A stretch of DNA of 64,000 bases, from contig NC_068982.1 in the NCBI RefSeq assembly GCF_001194135.2, positions 12,492,633 to 12,556,632 of the forward strand. The letters are read 5' to 3'. Source of the stretch: Octopus bimaculoides (lineage: Eukaryota). A program made the position numbers and the translations under genes. Below the pieces are notes generated by a model that was given only the letters and a program-made list of their open reading frames with translations, ran no database searches and was not told the DNA's origin. Position 1 is the first letter of the stretch; every line of letters starts with the position of its first letter. Shown one piece after another: positions 38,368 through 51,989 of the stretch.

Positions 38368-40909
38368 GTAAGTAACTGGAATAATTTTGAGCAGAGTTCT
38401 GCAGGATTAGAATTGACCTGGGTGTAAACAGCAACAATAAATATTAATTGTTTAAAATATACCTGTGCCGGTGCCATGTAAAAAGCACTCAGAACACTCT
38501 GTAAAGTGGTTGGCACTAGGAAAGGCATCCAACCATAGAAACCATGCCAAAACAAACAATTGGAGCCTTGTACAGCTCTCCAAGTTTACAGCTACTGACA
38601 AACCAGCCAACATGGAAAATGAATGTTAAATGATGAGGATGATGATGATGATATTGTGATAGTCTATGCATATGATATCTGATTTCTGCATACCTGACAA
38701 TAATAATTTTGAAATAATTTTTAAAAATCTGTATTATTTAAATCAATTAAATCATGAAAGCTTTATGAGCTGAGAAAATCTTTAGAAATAAGCAATATGA
38801 ACAATGCTTATTTTTTTAATTAAAACTGAAAGTTTATTGTATGCTTATAAAACTAAGTCCAGAAAATATAAATGGTTTGAATTAATAAATAATAAAATTA
38901 TGTTAAAATATAATTGAAATTTGAAGTTGTGTAAAACAATTCTTCTCTTGAATGTTTACGAATGTCCTTTTAGCATGCGGAATTGAATTGATAAAGACAC
39001 TTAATAGAGGCAATTTAAAGACTTGTTTTTGAAAGTGAAAGAAGCTTTTTTGCCGAGTAAAAGACTTTTGTTGTGCTTGTGGGATTTTCCCATTTTGTCT
39101 CTGATTAAAATATAGACATACATTTGCAATAAAATGAAGATCGTTGTTGCTTTTATTAATTATTACGAAAATCATGGTGTAACATGCGTATGTGTTTGCA
39201 TATTCTTGTGTGAGTTTTAGAAGACTGATAATAAACAAATTTTCTAATAAATACATTATTTTTTTTTTCCAATTTAACAATTATGTTTAAATTAAAATTA
39301 TATTATGGCTGACTGTTTTCATTCCAATGTAGTGTCATTGGCAGAGAGTAATATAAAATCAAGCTTATACTTGATTAGCCATTTGAAACATCCAAACTAA
39401 TTGCATCACAGGTCGGTGGTACTTTCCTACTAAATAAAATACCTCAGTAATTATAAATGGGTGTCTTTTTTTTTTTTTTTTCATCAACATCATTTTGCAT
39501 CCACTTTTCTGTGCTGCCTCTCTTAATAGTCTTCGTATGGTTGGATGCTTACTCTGTTGTTGACTCTTTTAGTCACCTCTTATAACACACAGAGATACAT
39601 ACACAGAGATATACAAATGCACAAGCATATACACACATACTCGGGTACACACACACACACACATTACATATGTATGATAAAAGGTACCCCAATAAGGGTT
39701 CCAAAGTGACTAGGGCTACACATCATTTTCCCAATCTACAGAGAAATGGTTCAATTTGCCATCTTTGTGTGTCTGTTATTCTTTTATTCTTTCACTTGTT
39801 TCAGCCATTTGACTGTGACCATGCTGGAGCACTGCCTTTAGTCAAATGAATCAACCCCAGGACTTATTCTTTGTAAGCCTAGTACTTATTCTATCAGTCT
39901 CTTTTGCTGAACTGCTAAATTACAGGGATGTAAACACACCAGTATTGATTGTCAAGTGATGGTGGGGGGACAAACACAGACACACAAATATATGTATACA
40001 TATATTAATATATATATAGATATATATATAAATATGATAGGCTTCTTTGAGTTAACATCTACCAAATCCATTCACAAGCCTTTGATCAGGTTGAGGCTGT
40101 AGTAGAAGACACTTGCCCAAGGTGCTATATAGGGGGACTGAACCTGAAACCATGTGGTTGGGAACCAAGCTTCTTACCACACAGCCACGACTGTTTACAT
40201 AGCTTTCATATATATCATACCTTGATGCTGTTTGGATTGGGATCCTCATTGATTGGCTGCTGATATTAACTCTTTCAGTCATGGATAAAAAAGGAAAACT
40301 ATTTTTTATTCATAACAAAATACAGGAAAATAACATAAAGAATTCAATATTCAATGTGCTTAATTTTTTGCATGGGTAAATAAAAATTTTGCTAACACTC
40401 AGTAAGAAAATTCCAATTTACTTACATCTGGGAGATTTACGAGAAGACACAGCCGTCCTTTATAACTTTTGAGCAAATGCTGAGTCAAAATCATATGGTC
40501 TTGGTTATATATGCATTTTAGAGGTGTCTAATGAATTATTAACTGTGACTCAGCTTAATTATGGTTTATATTTCTTTTGTAAATTATGTTGAAAATTTGT
40601 CTGGTACATTAGACAAAGTGACTGACGGGGTTAAATAAAGTATCAAACACTTATAGTATGCAAATTAGAAACTCCAGTTCTCTGGAGGATTTGTTGTGTC
40701 TATAAACAGATTGGTTGCTTATATTTCTGGGATTGGTCAAGTGTTGTAGTCACCTCTGATGGGACCCCAATAATGGCTGAAAACCGATTGATGTTGTTTA
40801 TAATATTTTTTTCCAAATCTATGGAGAAGTGGTTCAATTTACCACATTTGTATGTCTGCAGTGTAGGTTTACATGTATTGTTCCATATTAGAAAAACTCG
40901 CAAATTCTT
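38301..40909 (-). CDS. Alternative candidate exon chain 40754-40909, 40426-40527, 38960-39100, 38301-38417 (all phase 0)
   Basis: Four AG/GT-bounded open frames join in frame (KNLRVFLIW..GVPSE|TPLKC..NLPD|RQNGK..KRTF|VNSNP..FKM). Splice-site strength is mixed and no homologue is recognised. Confidence 0.2.
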
Positions 40910-40937
40910 CTGAAGGTTACGATGTCATTCAGCTTAA

Positions 40938-41160
40938 CCCTTTGATATTAGGGTTACTCTGTCAAATGTAATCCTTATTTATTCACATTGTTTTGAATTA
41001 ATAATGTATCTATTATCTCATAGCTTCGAGATTTCAATGATGTGATTGCTTATTTTGTAGAATGATGTTGTAAAGTAGGTGTGAGGCTGGATTTGGCTAG
41101 TTTCAACATAAAATGGGTTGGATATTTTGGCCCAATATGACTGGTTTAAATGCTAAAGGG
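40938..41160. mobile_element. piggyBac-type MITE (second family)
   Basis: TTAA-CCCTTT...AAAGGG-TTAA. Confidence 0.8.
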
Positions 41161-41877
41161 TTAAACAATAGTTAGAGTATTAATGTTTTGTGTCCTGCTT
41201 CTATCCATGTTTGTCGGGGGATGAACAAGGGCATAATTAAGGTAAATAGAATTGGTGGATAGTAACTATGATCGATAACAACTACATTATCTTATTTTCA
41301 ATTGTGCTGCCATTTATAATCTTAATTCTCACTGAGCAGACCTAACATCAAAGACGTTACTTCCTTGACCATCCATCCTTTTCAGACATAGTGATTCTCA
41401 AATTACATTAATCACTTTGTCCTATCCATATTTAATGACTGTAGTGCATCATTTCAAGAGTATTTAGCTGCCATTTTTTGACGATCAAACATTTTCTTGC
41501 TCTTTAGTTATTTGTTATTGAAGAAAACCATAAGACCAATCTTAAAATCCGATTATAAATAAAGCAAAAGATCAGCAAAACAGTAATCAGATTGTAGAAT
41601 ATATTTCATTAATAAAAACAAAATGCATCGTTGTTGATTTTAATAGCGTCATTGTTTCATGACAATGATCTTGCATGTATTTGCATGGTAGTGTCATGTA
41701 CTCCAACTAAATGGTCATGTGATGAACGCTGTTTAACATGACTACCTTATCACTTAAGTTGAATTTGTTTCTTCTGATTGACAACATAACAATTGCATAG
41801 TGAGCAGGATTTAGAGAATTAGTTTGGTTTAATCCTGATTTGACTGAAACCTGGTTAAGATATCCTTACAGCCAATA

Positions 41878-42092
41878 TTGACAGGAAGAGCTGAAAAGTT
41901 CCTGGTTTTGGCTAAAATAGAATACAGGGGGATCAGTTATTTATGTTTTTATTCAGCGTATTCCCCTCTCAGATTCACGCCAATTGCAACAGTCATTTGG
42001 TTTTCCTAAGTCCTGTAAAAGAACTCAGGCCTTTAACCAGACCTTCTGAAATACCCTTAAAGCTAGGGAACTCTCCAGCACCCCCTTGTAAA
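41878..42092 (-). mobile_element. Mariner-derived MITE, same family as 4545-4734
   Basis: gctgaaaagttcctggttttgg..acagggggatcagtta..attcccctctcagattcac..cctgtaaaa is the reverse complement of the 4545 interior. The other TIR is ctctccagcacccccttgta. Confidence 0.7.
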
Positions 42093-42502
42093 ACAAAGAA
42101 ACTCAAGAACTTTGCTGATAGCAAAGAAAAAAGCCGATATATTCATCACAGAAGTAAAGTATTGGAGGAGACGAATTTCACAGACATGAATGAGACTATA
42201 ATTTTGTCAATGCTGAAACAATAAGTTTTCTGGCAATGAAACAGATGTCACCAGGACCAATATGCTGATATTATGAGAGGCCATGCACTTTTGTGAGTTG
42301 ATAGATTAAGGACAGAAGGGCAAGCTGTTGAAGATGACTTTACAAATGCAACTAATTGATGACTATTAAATTCTGTACATCACTCTGAAATATTAGAACG
42401 CATGCAATTACAGGAAATGCTGTTGCGTGATTGTATTAGTCTCATATCCAGCAATCTGCAATGATTAGTAATTTTACTTTGGCTCCTGTTAATAATAATA
42501 CA

Positions 42503-42550
<48 letters not shown>

Positions 42551-42639
42551 AAGTTAATAATAATAATGATGATGATAATGAGAATGATAATAATAATGAT
42601 AATAATAATAATAATTATTATTATTATAATAACAACACA

Positions 42640-42720
<81 letters not shown>

Positions 42721-43079
42721 TATGCTAAAAAAATTGTCAGTGTTATATGTTGATATGAATCATCAGAAAATGGTCGCATATAAGTCTTGCAGCTATAACC
42801 AAAGTATCGAATAGAATACTGTTAGGAGAAACATTTTCAGTTTGTTTTTTTTTTTTATTTATTTTGGAAGGAATACGACAAAGTACACCAAAGTTTTGAT
42901 GCTGATGCAAACAGTGACTTGGAATTGAGCAATGATTTCAACAATTACACAAACTTGCAGGAATTAAGTATTTGGCAAAAATTTGGTTTAGGTAGGAACC
43001 TATCATCAAATCTCAATTTCTGATGAAGTTCAGAAAATAACAGTGAACACCACCTTGGTTTATTCCATTAGACACCTCT

Positions 43080-43720
43080 GTCACACAATATAAAAACAGT
43101 AAGCGCCATATTTCATGGAGCATGGAAAATATATTAGGAGATGTCATTGATATAAAAATTTACTAAGATGACACCTATAAAGTAAAAGCTATTTTACAAA
43201 ACTTTGCCACCAATTAAAGAAATGAAGAGTGTCTTATGTGCAAAAGAATTTACTTTCCAAGGCAAATAGACATCGAAATATGGTATTCAGCTACATGATA
43301 CATTGTTGAAGAAGATATTGTGGAATGAATAAGTTTTATGGCTGATTTACTCCAACATATTCTAAAAATTCCTGTGGATTTTCAAACCTAAAATATAACT
43401 CTCCTCATTTCTATGGATGAACATAGGCACAAAGAGAACATAGGCATTACAGATGTTAGTAATTATTCAACATGTGGTGTACTGTCTTAGAAGAGCTATC
43501 CAGCCCTATACGTATCACAATGTTTATATCTGAAGCGAATGGTAGCAGTTCTAATATACCTAATGGATGCTTTGGTGACTGTCTGAACTATGCTAAGAGC
43601 TTGATGCTTTTTATTAGGCTGAAGATTCTCCTTGAGAACTGGCCACAGACTGTTAGAGTTCATATTTAACTCAGATGAGAAATGCCTTAAGTAACATCAG
43701 CTAGAATATTAAGGTGGACA
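43080..43720 (+). mobile_element. Heavily decayed R4/Dong-clade C-terminus
   Basis: Scattered motifs (..DALVTV resembles GALGTV; SARILR) like those at 57040-57215. Confidence 0.45.
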
Positions 43721-44039
43721 GCCAGCTGCTTTTATATGTAAAAAGTGATATAATTCTCCATGTTGATGCTTTATTAAGAATGAAATTTAGTGATGCAATA
43801 AAGTCAGGTGAAAATGCTATAATTAAATTAGCAAATTTGTAGAGGATGGTGAAGAAAATATAATGTAGGATTCTAAATTTAAAACAAGGATCAAGACTAA
43901 GTCCAGATGGTCAGAAGGCTGGCTTGAACAACCAAAGCCTAGAGATATTCCATCACCAAATGAAGCTAATGCTGGTTCCTAACATTCAGCTCTTAATGAT
44001 GTTAGCTAAAGCAAAAAGGCGCACAAAGAAGTTCCTTCT

Positions 44040-44540
44040 AAATGATATTGGGCCTCACAGAGGAAAAGTGGTTGAGCTCCTTTCGAATGTTGGGCCTCAT
44101 GGAGGCAATGACCAAGATCTTTTGGCATTATGCCGTGCTTGAGAAGACCCATCAAGCCAAGTAAAATTGCAGTCATGGCAGATACCAGTGTCGGCATGTA
44201 AAAGCACCCTTTGAGCGTTGGGCCTCATAGATGCAATGACCAAGTCCCTTTGGCATTATGCCATGCTTAAGAAGACCCATCAAGCCAAGTAAAACCACAG
44301 TTGTGGCAGATAACGGTGTCACGCAAATGGCACCCATGCCGGTGGTACATAAAAGCACCCATTACACTCTCAGAGTGGTTGGCCTTAGGAAGGGCATCCA
44401 GCCATAGAAACCATGTCAAATCAGATTGGAATCTGATGCAGCCTTCTAGCATGCCAGCCTGGTCAAATCGTCCAACCCATGCCAGTATGGACACCGGACG
44501 TTAAATGATGATGAGGAGGATGAGGATGAGGCTGATGATG
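44040..44540 (+). mobile_element. RTE 3' end with 128-bp tandem duplication of the ORF terminus
   Basis: gttgggcctcat..caatgaccaag..gaagacccatcaagccaagtaaaa occurs at 44089 and 44217, followed by the tail and (GAT)n. Confidence 0.8.
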
Positions 44541-45879
44541 ATGATGATGATGATGACACAGTATCTTTATTTTGAGGTTGTAGTATTGCATGCATTTTGC
44601 ATGATGATGTCATGTGACCTAACCTGATGCTCATGAGATGAAGATTATTGAACATAGTTGTTTTCCCAGTAAAGTCAGGTTTACTTTCTCTAAATGATGA
44701 CATAACAAATATATGCAAATTGAATTTTAATTTTTGAGTGTCATTGAGTGTACGTTTTTATGCCATTTAACAAAAAAAAAAAACTCAGGAAGCAAAATAT
44801 CAATAAAATCTCTATCAAATAGAGAATATTCAAATAGGAATTTGAATTACCACAGGTTAAGTTTTCTAATACAGTATAGAATCCAAAGAAAACTTGACAT
44901 GTTCTACACCAGCAAAGAGTAATACAAATAATTCAAACAAGGGAGTGAATTTTATACTGTTTGGATGAAGAGAAATCTAATGCTAGGTTTCTCTTCTTTC
45001 TTATGGCATAGAGTATATTTCTCTTATACAAAACAGTCATGTTGATAAATGTTCATTGATTTAGTATCATGATTTTCATGTCATTTTTAGCTGGATAAAA
45101 ATCTAATAATGACATATTTTTTAAAATCTAGACATATCTATCACAAATGTCAGTATGGCTGAAGAATAAAAAACAACAAATCGAACATGTTCAAACATCT
45201 TCTACCACAGCCTCAAGTCAACCAAAGAATTATAAGTGAAAGTGGGTAGGTAGATGGAAGCAAGGAAAATCTGTTGGATGTATGCACCCTAACACACACA
45301 CACACGCACATGATACATTAGGATGGCAAAATTAATGCGTCAAACAAAATTACTTTGTAGTATTTCAGTTTGTATTTGTTAAACCTCTTAATCCATGTCA
45401 GCTTTGCATTTTGTTCTTTCCCAGGTTAGTGGAATATGTACTGGACAAAATACTAAGGCCTGGTATAATCCATTAAAACCCTTACAGTCAATGCTTCTCT
45501 GTAGTAACAATCCAATGATGAAACCAATAAAATGATTAAACTGATGGCTCTATGTAATGCTGAAGTTATCAAAGAATCTCTCAGAAATTATAAATACTTT
45601 CTGGTAAGACAAATTGTTGACCTAATTTTGAATGCTTGTTCCATTTCACTTCTCTTGTGTTACTAACATCATTGAGAATGGTATGGGAATCTCACCAACA
45701 TATTTTTCTCCTCTAAAATAGCTAAAATAGCTGAAGATTTGTACTATTTAAAAACGTGATGGCTAACACCACGTTACAGAACTATGATGAAAATGAGATT
45801 CTAAGCTCTGATTTTGCACCTTCATTTATACTGCTTATATCTTTGAGAAAGTCATGGACATTTTACAATCGTAATTCAT

Positions 45880-46830
45880 CTCCTTTATAAAAATGAAGCA
45901 TTGTGTCTTTGGATTAATTCAGTGCACTACAGAGCAAAAACAGCCAGTTGAATAACATGGCGGTTTAATTTAATTCAAATTCTCTACATCCAAAAAATCA
46001 AAGTGTTTACACAACCTGATTCAAAGACACACACTTCCAGTCCAGATTTCAACATTACTGTCTCAAACACTCCCCTGAAACATATGGATCTCTTCTTCTA
46101 CCTTGCAAGTCTCCCCTCAATGCAATGCAACTTTTAGAAGGACGAGGAAACACAACAAGGCATGTTACTTTTAGAAACTATTTCACCACATCTGCAGAAA
46201 CAAAAACTTAAAGCAAGAAACCAAACACATGGTGTATGAAGCTGCCATCATATCTGCCTTAATCTACAGACACAAAACATGGACCCAACCAACAAGACAT
46301 CAAGAAACATGAGTACTTTCATCAGCAGTAGCTTTGTACATTCATGAACATCAAATGGGAAGATAACATCAACTTTGCAGTCCTTGATCAAGTTCAAGCC
46401 AACCGCATTGAAGCTGCCGTCATCAAACTGGATAGGTCATGTACATCATATAAATGATCCTAGGCTTTCCTGTTAAGTTCTTTACACCAAACTCAGCACT
46501 GGCAAATTAACCCTGAGGACTGTGGATGCTCTCTGTGATGTTCCCAAGATCAAGACAAAGAGACTATGAATGGAAAATGAATATTGACATGAAAAGCTAC
46601 GAAGAACCAGTAGCAGCAGCAGGTTACAAGTTCTGGTTTCAAGCCATTCCTATTGTTTTGACACCTCTGTCTATCAAGTACCAATTGTACAGATACATAT
46701 TAATTTCAGGGATCTGCCTTCTCAGTTATCAGGAATATCAACATAACAAATGAGGAAAGAAGAAATCAAATACTAGAAAATGAGGAATAGCTGCTACCAA
46801 CTTCAGTGGCGACATCAATAATCAAAATCA
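45880..46830 (+). mobile_element. Old RTE (BovB-like) LINE remnant
   Basis: LKQETKHMVYEAAIISALIY..MNIKWED..IEAAVIK..WIGHV..INDPRL..LYTKLSTG, with stops and frameshifts. Confidence 0.8.
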
Positions 46831-47499
46831 TTTAAGATGTATCAAAAGGAATATGAGAACAATAAAATAAAAAGAAGACAAAAAAAAGTTATAGTTATAT
46901 TTGTTTTTATTTTTAATCTGAAAAGAAGCTAATATTCTAAAATATATTTCTTTGTTATTAAAGCAAATGTATATTTCTTTGTTATAGATGTGAAGTGAAT
47001 TCATTGGAAATATATTTATTGATATGTCTAACTTATATCACTGTAGGATTTATTTCCTTCAGCCAAGTTGTCTACCTCTGAGGCACAACACCATTAAAAT
47101 ATCGATGCATTATTTGATACAAGGCAGATATTTCTTTAAAGTCTCCTGCACTCGTATTTCTCAAATAAAATGATTTTACTTGGCATTGAGTCAAGATCTT
47201 GACATTGTTTTTAAACTGAAATATTTTGAATAAAAGATGCTCAGATCTTGCTCAACATGTTTGTACTGTCCTAACACCAGAGTCTATATTTAGGTGCTTG
47301 ACTGCTAGAAACAGTAGACAAATCTTCCCTGAATTACATACCACCATGCCATTAAAAAATAAAAGAACACACTCAATAATGTAGTCCTTGATACACTATA
47401 TCTAAAAAAGAAAGATGGGATGGTCATGGCTGGAACACCTTTGATTATAAGCCTGCTTGATCAAAGACTAATTAGGGCTAAAAAGACTACACATAAGTG

Positions 47500-47665
47500 C
47501 AGGCGTGGCTGTGTGGTAAGTAGCTTGCTTACCAACAACATGGTTCCAGGTTCTGTCCCACTGCATGGAACCTTGGGCAAGTGTTTTCTGCTGTAACCTC
47601 AGGCCAACCAAAGCCTTATGAGTGGATTTGGTAGACAGAAACTGAAAGAAACCTGTCATATACAT
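47500..47665 (+). mobile_element. CORE-like SINE head module
   Basis: Matches 3530-3690. Another + head lies at 59130-59296. Confidence 0.8.
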
Positions 47666-47679
47666 ATATATATATATCA

Positions 47680-48510
47680 TCATCATCATCATCATCGTTT
47701 AACGTCCGCTTTCCATGCTAGCATGGGTTGGACGATTTGACTGAGGACTGGTGAAACCGGATGGCAACACCAGGCTCCAATCTAATTTGGCAGAGTTTCT
47801 ACAGCTGGATGCCCTTCCTAACGCCAACCACTCAAAGAGTGTAGTGGGTGCTTTTACGTGTCACCCGCNNNNNNNNNNNNNNNNNNNNNNNNNNNNNNNN
47901 NNNNNNNNNNNNNNNNNNNNNNNNNNNNNNNNNNNNNNNNNNNNNNNNNNNNNNNNNNNNNNNNNNNNNNNNNNNNNNNNNNNNNNNNNNNNNNNNNNNN
48001 NNNNNNNNNNNNNNNNNNNNNNNNNNNNNNNNNNNNNNNNNNNNNNNNNNNNNNNNNNNNNNNNNNNNNNNNNNNNNNNNNNNNNNNNNNNNNNNNNNNN
48101 NNNNNNNNNNNNNNNNNNNNNNNNNNNNNNNNNNNNNNNNNNNNNNNNNNNNNNNNNNNNNNNNNNNNNNNNNNNNNNNNNNNNNNNNNNNNNNNNNNNN
48201 NNNNNNNNNNNNNNNNNNNNNNNNNNNNNNTGGTGCATCTCATGTGCCACCCACACAAGAGCCAGTCCAGGGGCACTGGCAACGATCTTACTTGGCTTGC
48301 CGGGTCTTCTCATGCACAGCACATTTCCAAAGGTCTCGGTCAGTAGTCATCGCCTCGGTGAGGCCCAATGTACGAAGGTCTTGCCTCACCACCTCAGCCC
48401 AGGTGTTCCTGGGCCTACCTCTTCCACGGGTTCCCTCAACTGTTAGGGTGTGGCACTTTTTCACGCAGCTATCCTCATCCATTCTCACCACATGTCCATA
48501 CCAGCGCATG
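47680..48510 (-). mobile_element. Young RTE 3' end spanning a gap
   Basis: Open C-terminus MRWYGHVVRMDEDSCVKKCHTLTVEGTRGRGRPRNTWAEVVRQDLRTLGLTEAMTTDRDLWKCAVHEKTRQAK*, plus the tail. Confidence 0.9.
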
Positions 48511-48544
48511 TGAAAACAGATTATAGCAGCGACTCCATCTAAGA

Positions 48545-48581
48545 ACATCTGAAGAAGGAATTGTCTTCCGAAATATCATTG
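48545..48581 (+). ncRNA. Hammerhead-like core with weak stem I
   Basis: acat CTGAAGA a GGAA ttgtc TTCC GAA ATAT C attg. Stem III is the palindrome ATAT, and stem I has only 2 bp. Confidence 0.3.
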
Positions 48582-48894
48582 GGCTATGGATAACTAAATT
48601 ACAACAGGTATATAATCCATTTTTTGTATTATAGTGCATTGTTGTACCATTCAAAACTTTTTATTCTTTACAAACAATGCACAATGCTTCAAGTGAACTA
48701 CAACACTCTCCCATATACTGCTTAAATTCTTCAGAATTTTTTCCTATTTGCATAGATATTTTTTCTTTTATTTTGATGGAGGGAAAACACACTAAAACAC
48801 ATCTCATTCCCAAAATAAGCAACTTCTCTGAGCCTGCCAGCTTCAAACCTGTTGTCTTTCCTTCCAATGTATCAAAAGTAAAACAATTATTCTC

Positions 48895-48995
48895 TTCATT
48901 ATTTATATTATTTACATTTGACAGATGCTTGTCCTCATCTTGTTTGTTGTTAACACAATGTTTCGGCTGATATACCCTCCAGCATTCATCGAGCA
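48895..48995 (-). mobile_element. Family-B pLTR copy with mutated hammerhead (48952-48994)
   Basis: Homologous to 37660-37765. Reads tcGATGA atgctg gagggtata tcagcc GAAACaTT gtgtt. Confidence 0.65.
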
Positions 48996-49635
48996 TATGA
49001 CATAGTGGTTAAGAGTGTGGGCTACTAACTCCAACATGCTCTCACATATCTACCATAGCACTCACCATCCCAACAAACATTCCAATTTCTCTCACCATCA
49101 CTCATAACTGTCACCTCATCCCATTTTCTAAACATCACCCTTAACACTCTTATGTTTCACATCCAACTCTTTCCCCTCAGCACTGCTTATATTCACCCAC
49201 CACACCTGTATCAGGTATGTCCCTCATACATCTCCACCACCATCTATTTCTCTCTCATTTTCCCTCTGTCTGTCTCTCCATCTTTCTCTCTCACTATCTT
49301 TCTATCCTCTCCTATCTTTCCTTACTCATGTAGCCAAGTATCTCCTCTATATAACTTATCGTTATCCTTCCATTACACTTTAACCTCTCAACCAGTACTG
49401 ATCCCTTTCTCAGCTGAGGGTTTTGTTTTGTCTAACAACTTACTTGGCAACCCTGCTGGTGCTGGTGCCACATAAAAAGCATCCAGTATACTTTGCAAAG
49501 TGGTTGGTATTAGGAAGATCATCCAGCTATAAAACCATGCCAAAGCAGACAATAGAAAATGGAGCAGTCGTCTGGCTTGCCAGCTCCTGTCGAACCACCC
49601 AACCCATACCAGCATGAAAAATGTTTGTTAATTGA

Positions 49636-49669
<34 letters not shown>

Positions 49670-49961
49670 GGTGGTGATGATGATGGGGTTCATACTGCAT
49701 GCCTCTCTAAGGCCAATTCTGAACTTTATGTAGACATATTGTGCGACCCCACTAACAATACAAAAGCATACACTACAAAGTATAAATCTATTATTTTGTA
49801 AGAATTGATATGCTTACGTACATCTTTTGTGTTTGATGAACATTTTCATGCATATTACAAAATATTAAACTAAAGAATATTACTTGGCTCTCTTAATACA
49901 GTATGTATATAATATGCGTGCGCATACCTATATAGATACACACACACATACAAACACACAC

Positions 49962-49994
<33 letters not shown>

Positions 49995-51989
49995 CATGTA
50001 TACACATATATAAAATGTATGTATATACATGTATAAGCAATAATTTTGCTGTAATATTCTGCAGATAAATACCAGCCACCAAACTAATCAAACTACCAAT
50101 TTTGATTCTTTAGAACCAAACCAACAAATACCTTCATCAGAATGCAGGAAATGAATATCTTCAGAGATCTGAGCCATAAGCTTGTGTATTATTCTTAAAG
50201 ATGTAGCTAAAACTAAAATAAATCAGACAATAAATAAAAGTAATCCTGGCAGACTCTGGCTGACTAATAAGCAGTAAGATTTCAATATGTGAGGAAACAT
50301 TGTAAACCAGATCGATAGCAGTCAACTTTAAGAAATTACTCTTTATATTATTTTCATCTAATATTGCATCTCTACAGAATATTAAATTGAATGACAAAGT
50401 CCATGAAAATAATATTTGATTAATATATCTTCTATAATTCATATTAGACAGCTCACCAAACAAACTGGGTTTAAGTTATTTCATATAAGTAGAAAATTTA
50501 CTTCCTTTTTATTACCACTCAGACCTATCTTTTCTCAAAACATGTTTCATAAATAGAAAATGCAATGATATAAGATGTAGATAATGTAGACATAATTTAC
50601 ATCAGAATATTTATAGCATATCTAATTAGTATTTCAGAGTTGAATTCTTTGTCAAGTGACTTTTATCTAAGACTGTGCTAAAATTGAAGCATTTACATCA
50701 TGAAATACTAGTTTTTAGACATAAAAAAACACAGTAATTATTGCATTTACGTTTTATTTATTCATTTATTGTACTGTGTATTGGGAAGTGTCAAAAGGAA
50801 CTTTTGCACATCTGTGACCTGGTCATTGATTAAATTTCTCTGCATATCTTGAGATTCAGTGGAAATGTACCAGAAATAAAGTTGTAGAAGTGCAAAGAAA
50901 CTTTCTGACAATTCGTAATAAACAGTATTATTAAGAAATACATGAAAAGGAAATATAACAGTTTTTGTGTGTTTTACAATTGTTAGAATGACTCTTCCAT
51001 GATCTAAATAAGTATTTACTTTGATGAAAACAGCTAAAATTTAATGATGCTTAATAGCAACTAAGATTAAACATAGAATTTTTAAAGATATTAGATTGGA
51101 TGGAGATTAAATTAAGAAAATTGGCCGTAAGATTTATTTTGTGTGAGAAAAAGATGAAAAAAATATTGATGATATCCTAAAGGAATTTGTAGTAAAAATC
51201 TTCTCAGTCTAAGAAAATATATAAATGTAGGAAAAGAAGAGATGAATTAGATTGCAGGCTATCTATTTGAAATGTAGCATAAAACAGAGAAAACCATGAA
51301 GATAATAGTTCAGAAAATTTAAATTTTTATCACAATAACATATCTCAGATATTTAGAAATGTAATTACAGAAAAATCTTTTATTTGATGAAAATGGAAAC
51401 TTCCAGCATTTAAATGCTTATATTTGTGATTGGTTACAGTGTTATCTAATATGTAACCATTAAAACGTATTATAATTTAATAGCATATTTATTGAACACC
51501 TTCTGCTATGATATGTACTGGTATTGTATAAGAAAAAAGTTATTGGGAAGAAATATTAAAATGTACTGGTATCTTATAACGTAGAATATTTATTGGGTAA
51601 ATATAGCTAATAGCTATTTCTGTTTTTTTTTTAAAGAATCATTTGCATTCTATAATTGCATTAAGAAGCTGATACAAGAAAACATTGTACTGAATGTGAT
51701 ATTTAAAAATCTTAGGTCAGCTTTGATCTTTTTGAAATTTGGCATATCAGATTTAGTGAGAGAAACAACTCAAGTAAATACATATGCATTGTGTCTGCTT
51801 TCAGCATTAACAAGAACATTTTTCACAAGCTCTCATTCTGAAATAAAGAGATAAGAGTGGGTAATATTTGTCAGTAGTAAAACATAATTCCAGAAAGGAA
51901 AATAGTAAAATATTTTCCCTCCAAAGATGTTGCATTTCATATGTAACATCCTTTTCTTTGCTTCCATATTGTCAATAGGAAAAATAAAC

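Noticed and set aside
38281-40850. Resemblance of the plus-strand peptide (GCLYFWD..W..LPH) to the CTC1 N-terminus
   Set aside because: Only scattered residues match and the spacing is off by tens of residues, which is not enough to name a gene.
43472-43669. GCFGDCL as an RT QGD motif
   Set aside because: Flanking motifs place this region at the REL/C-terminal end, so the match is probably chance.
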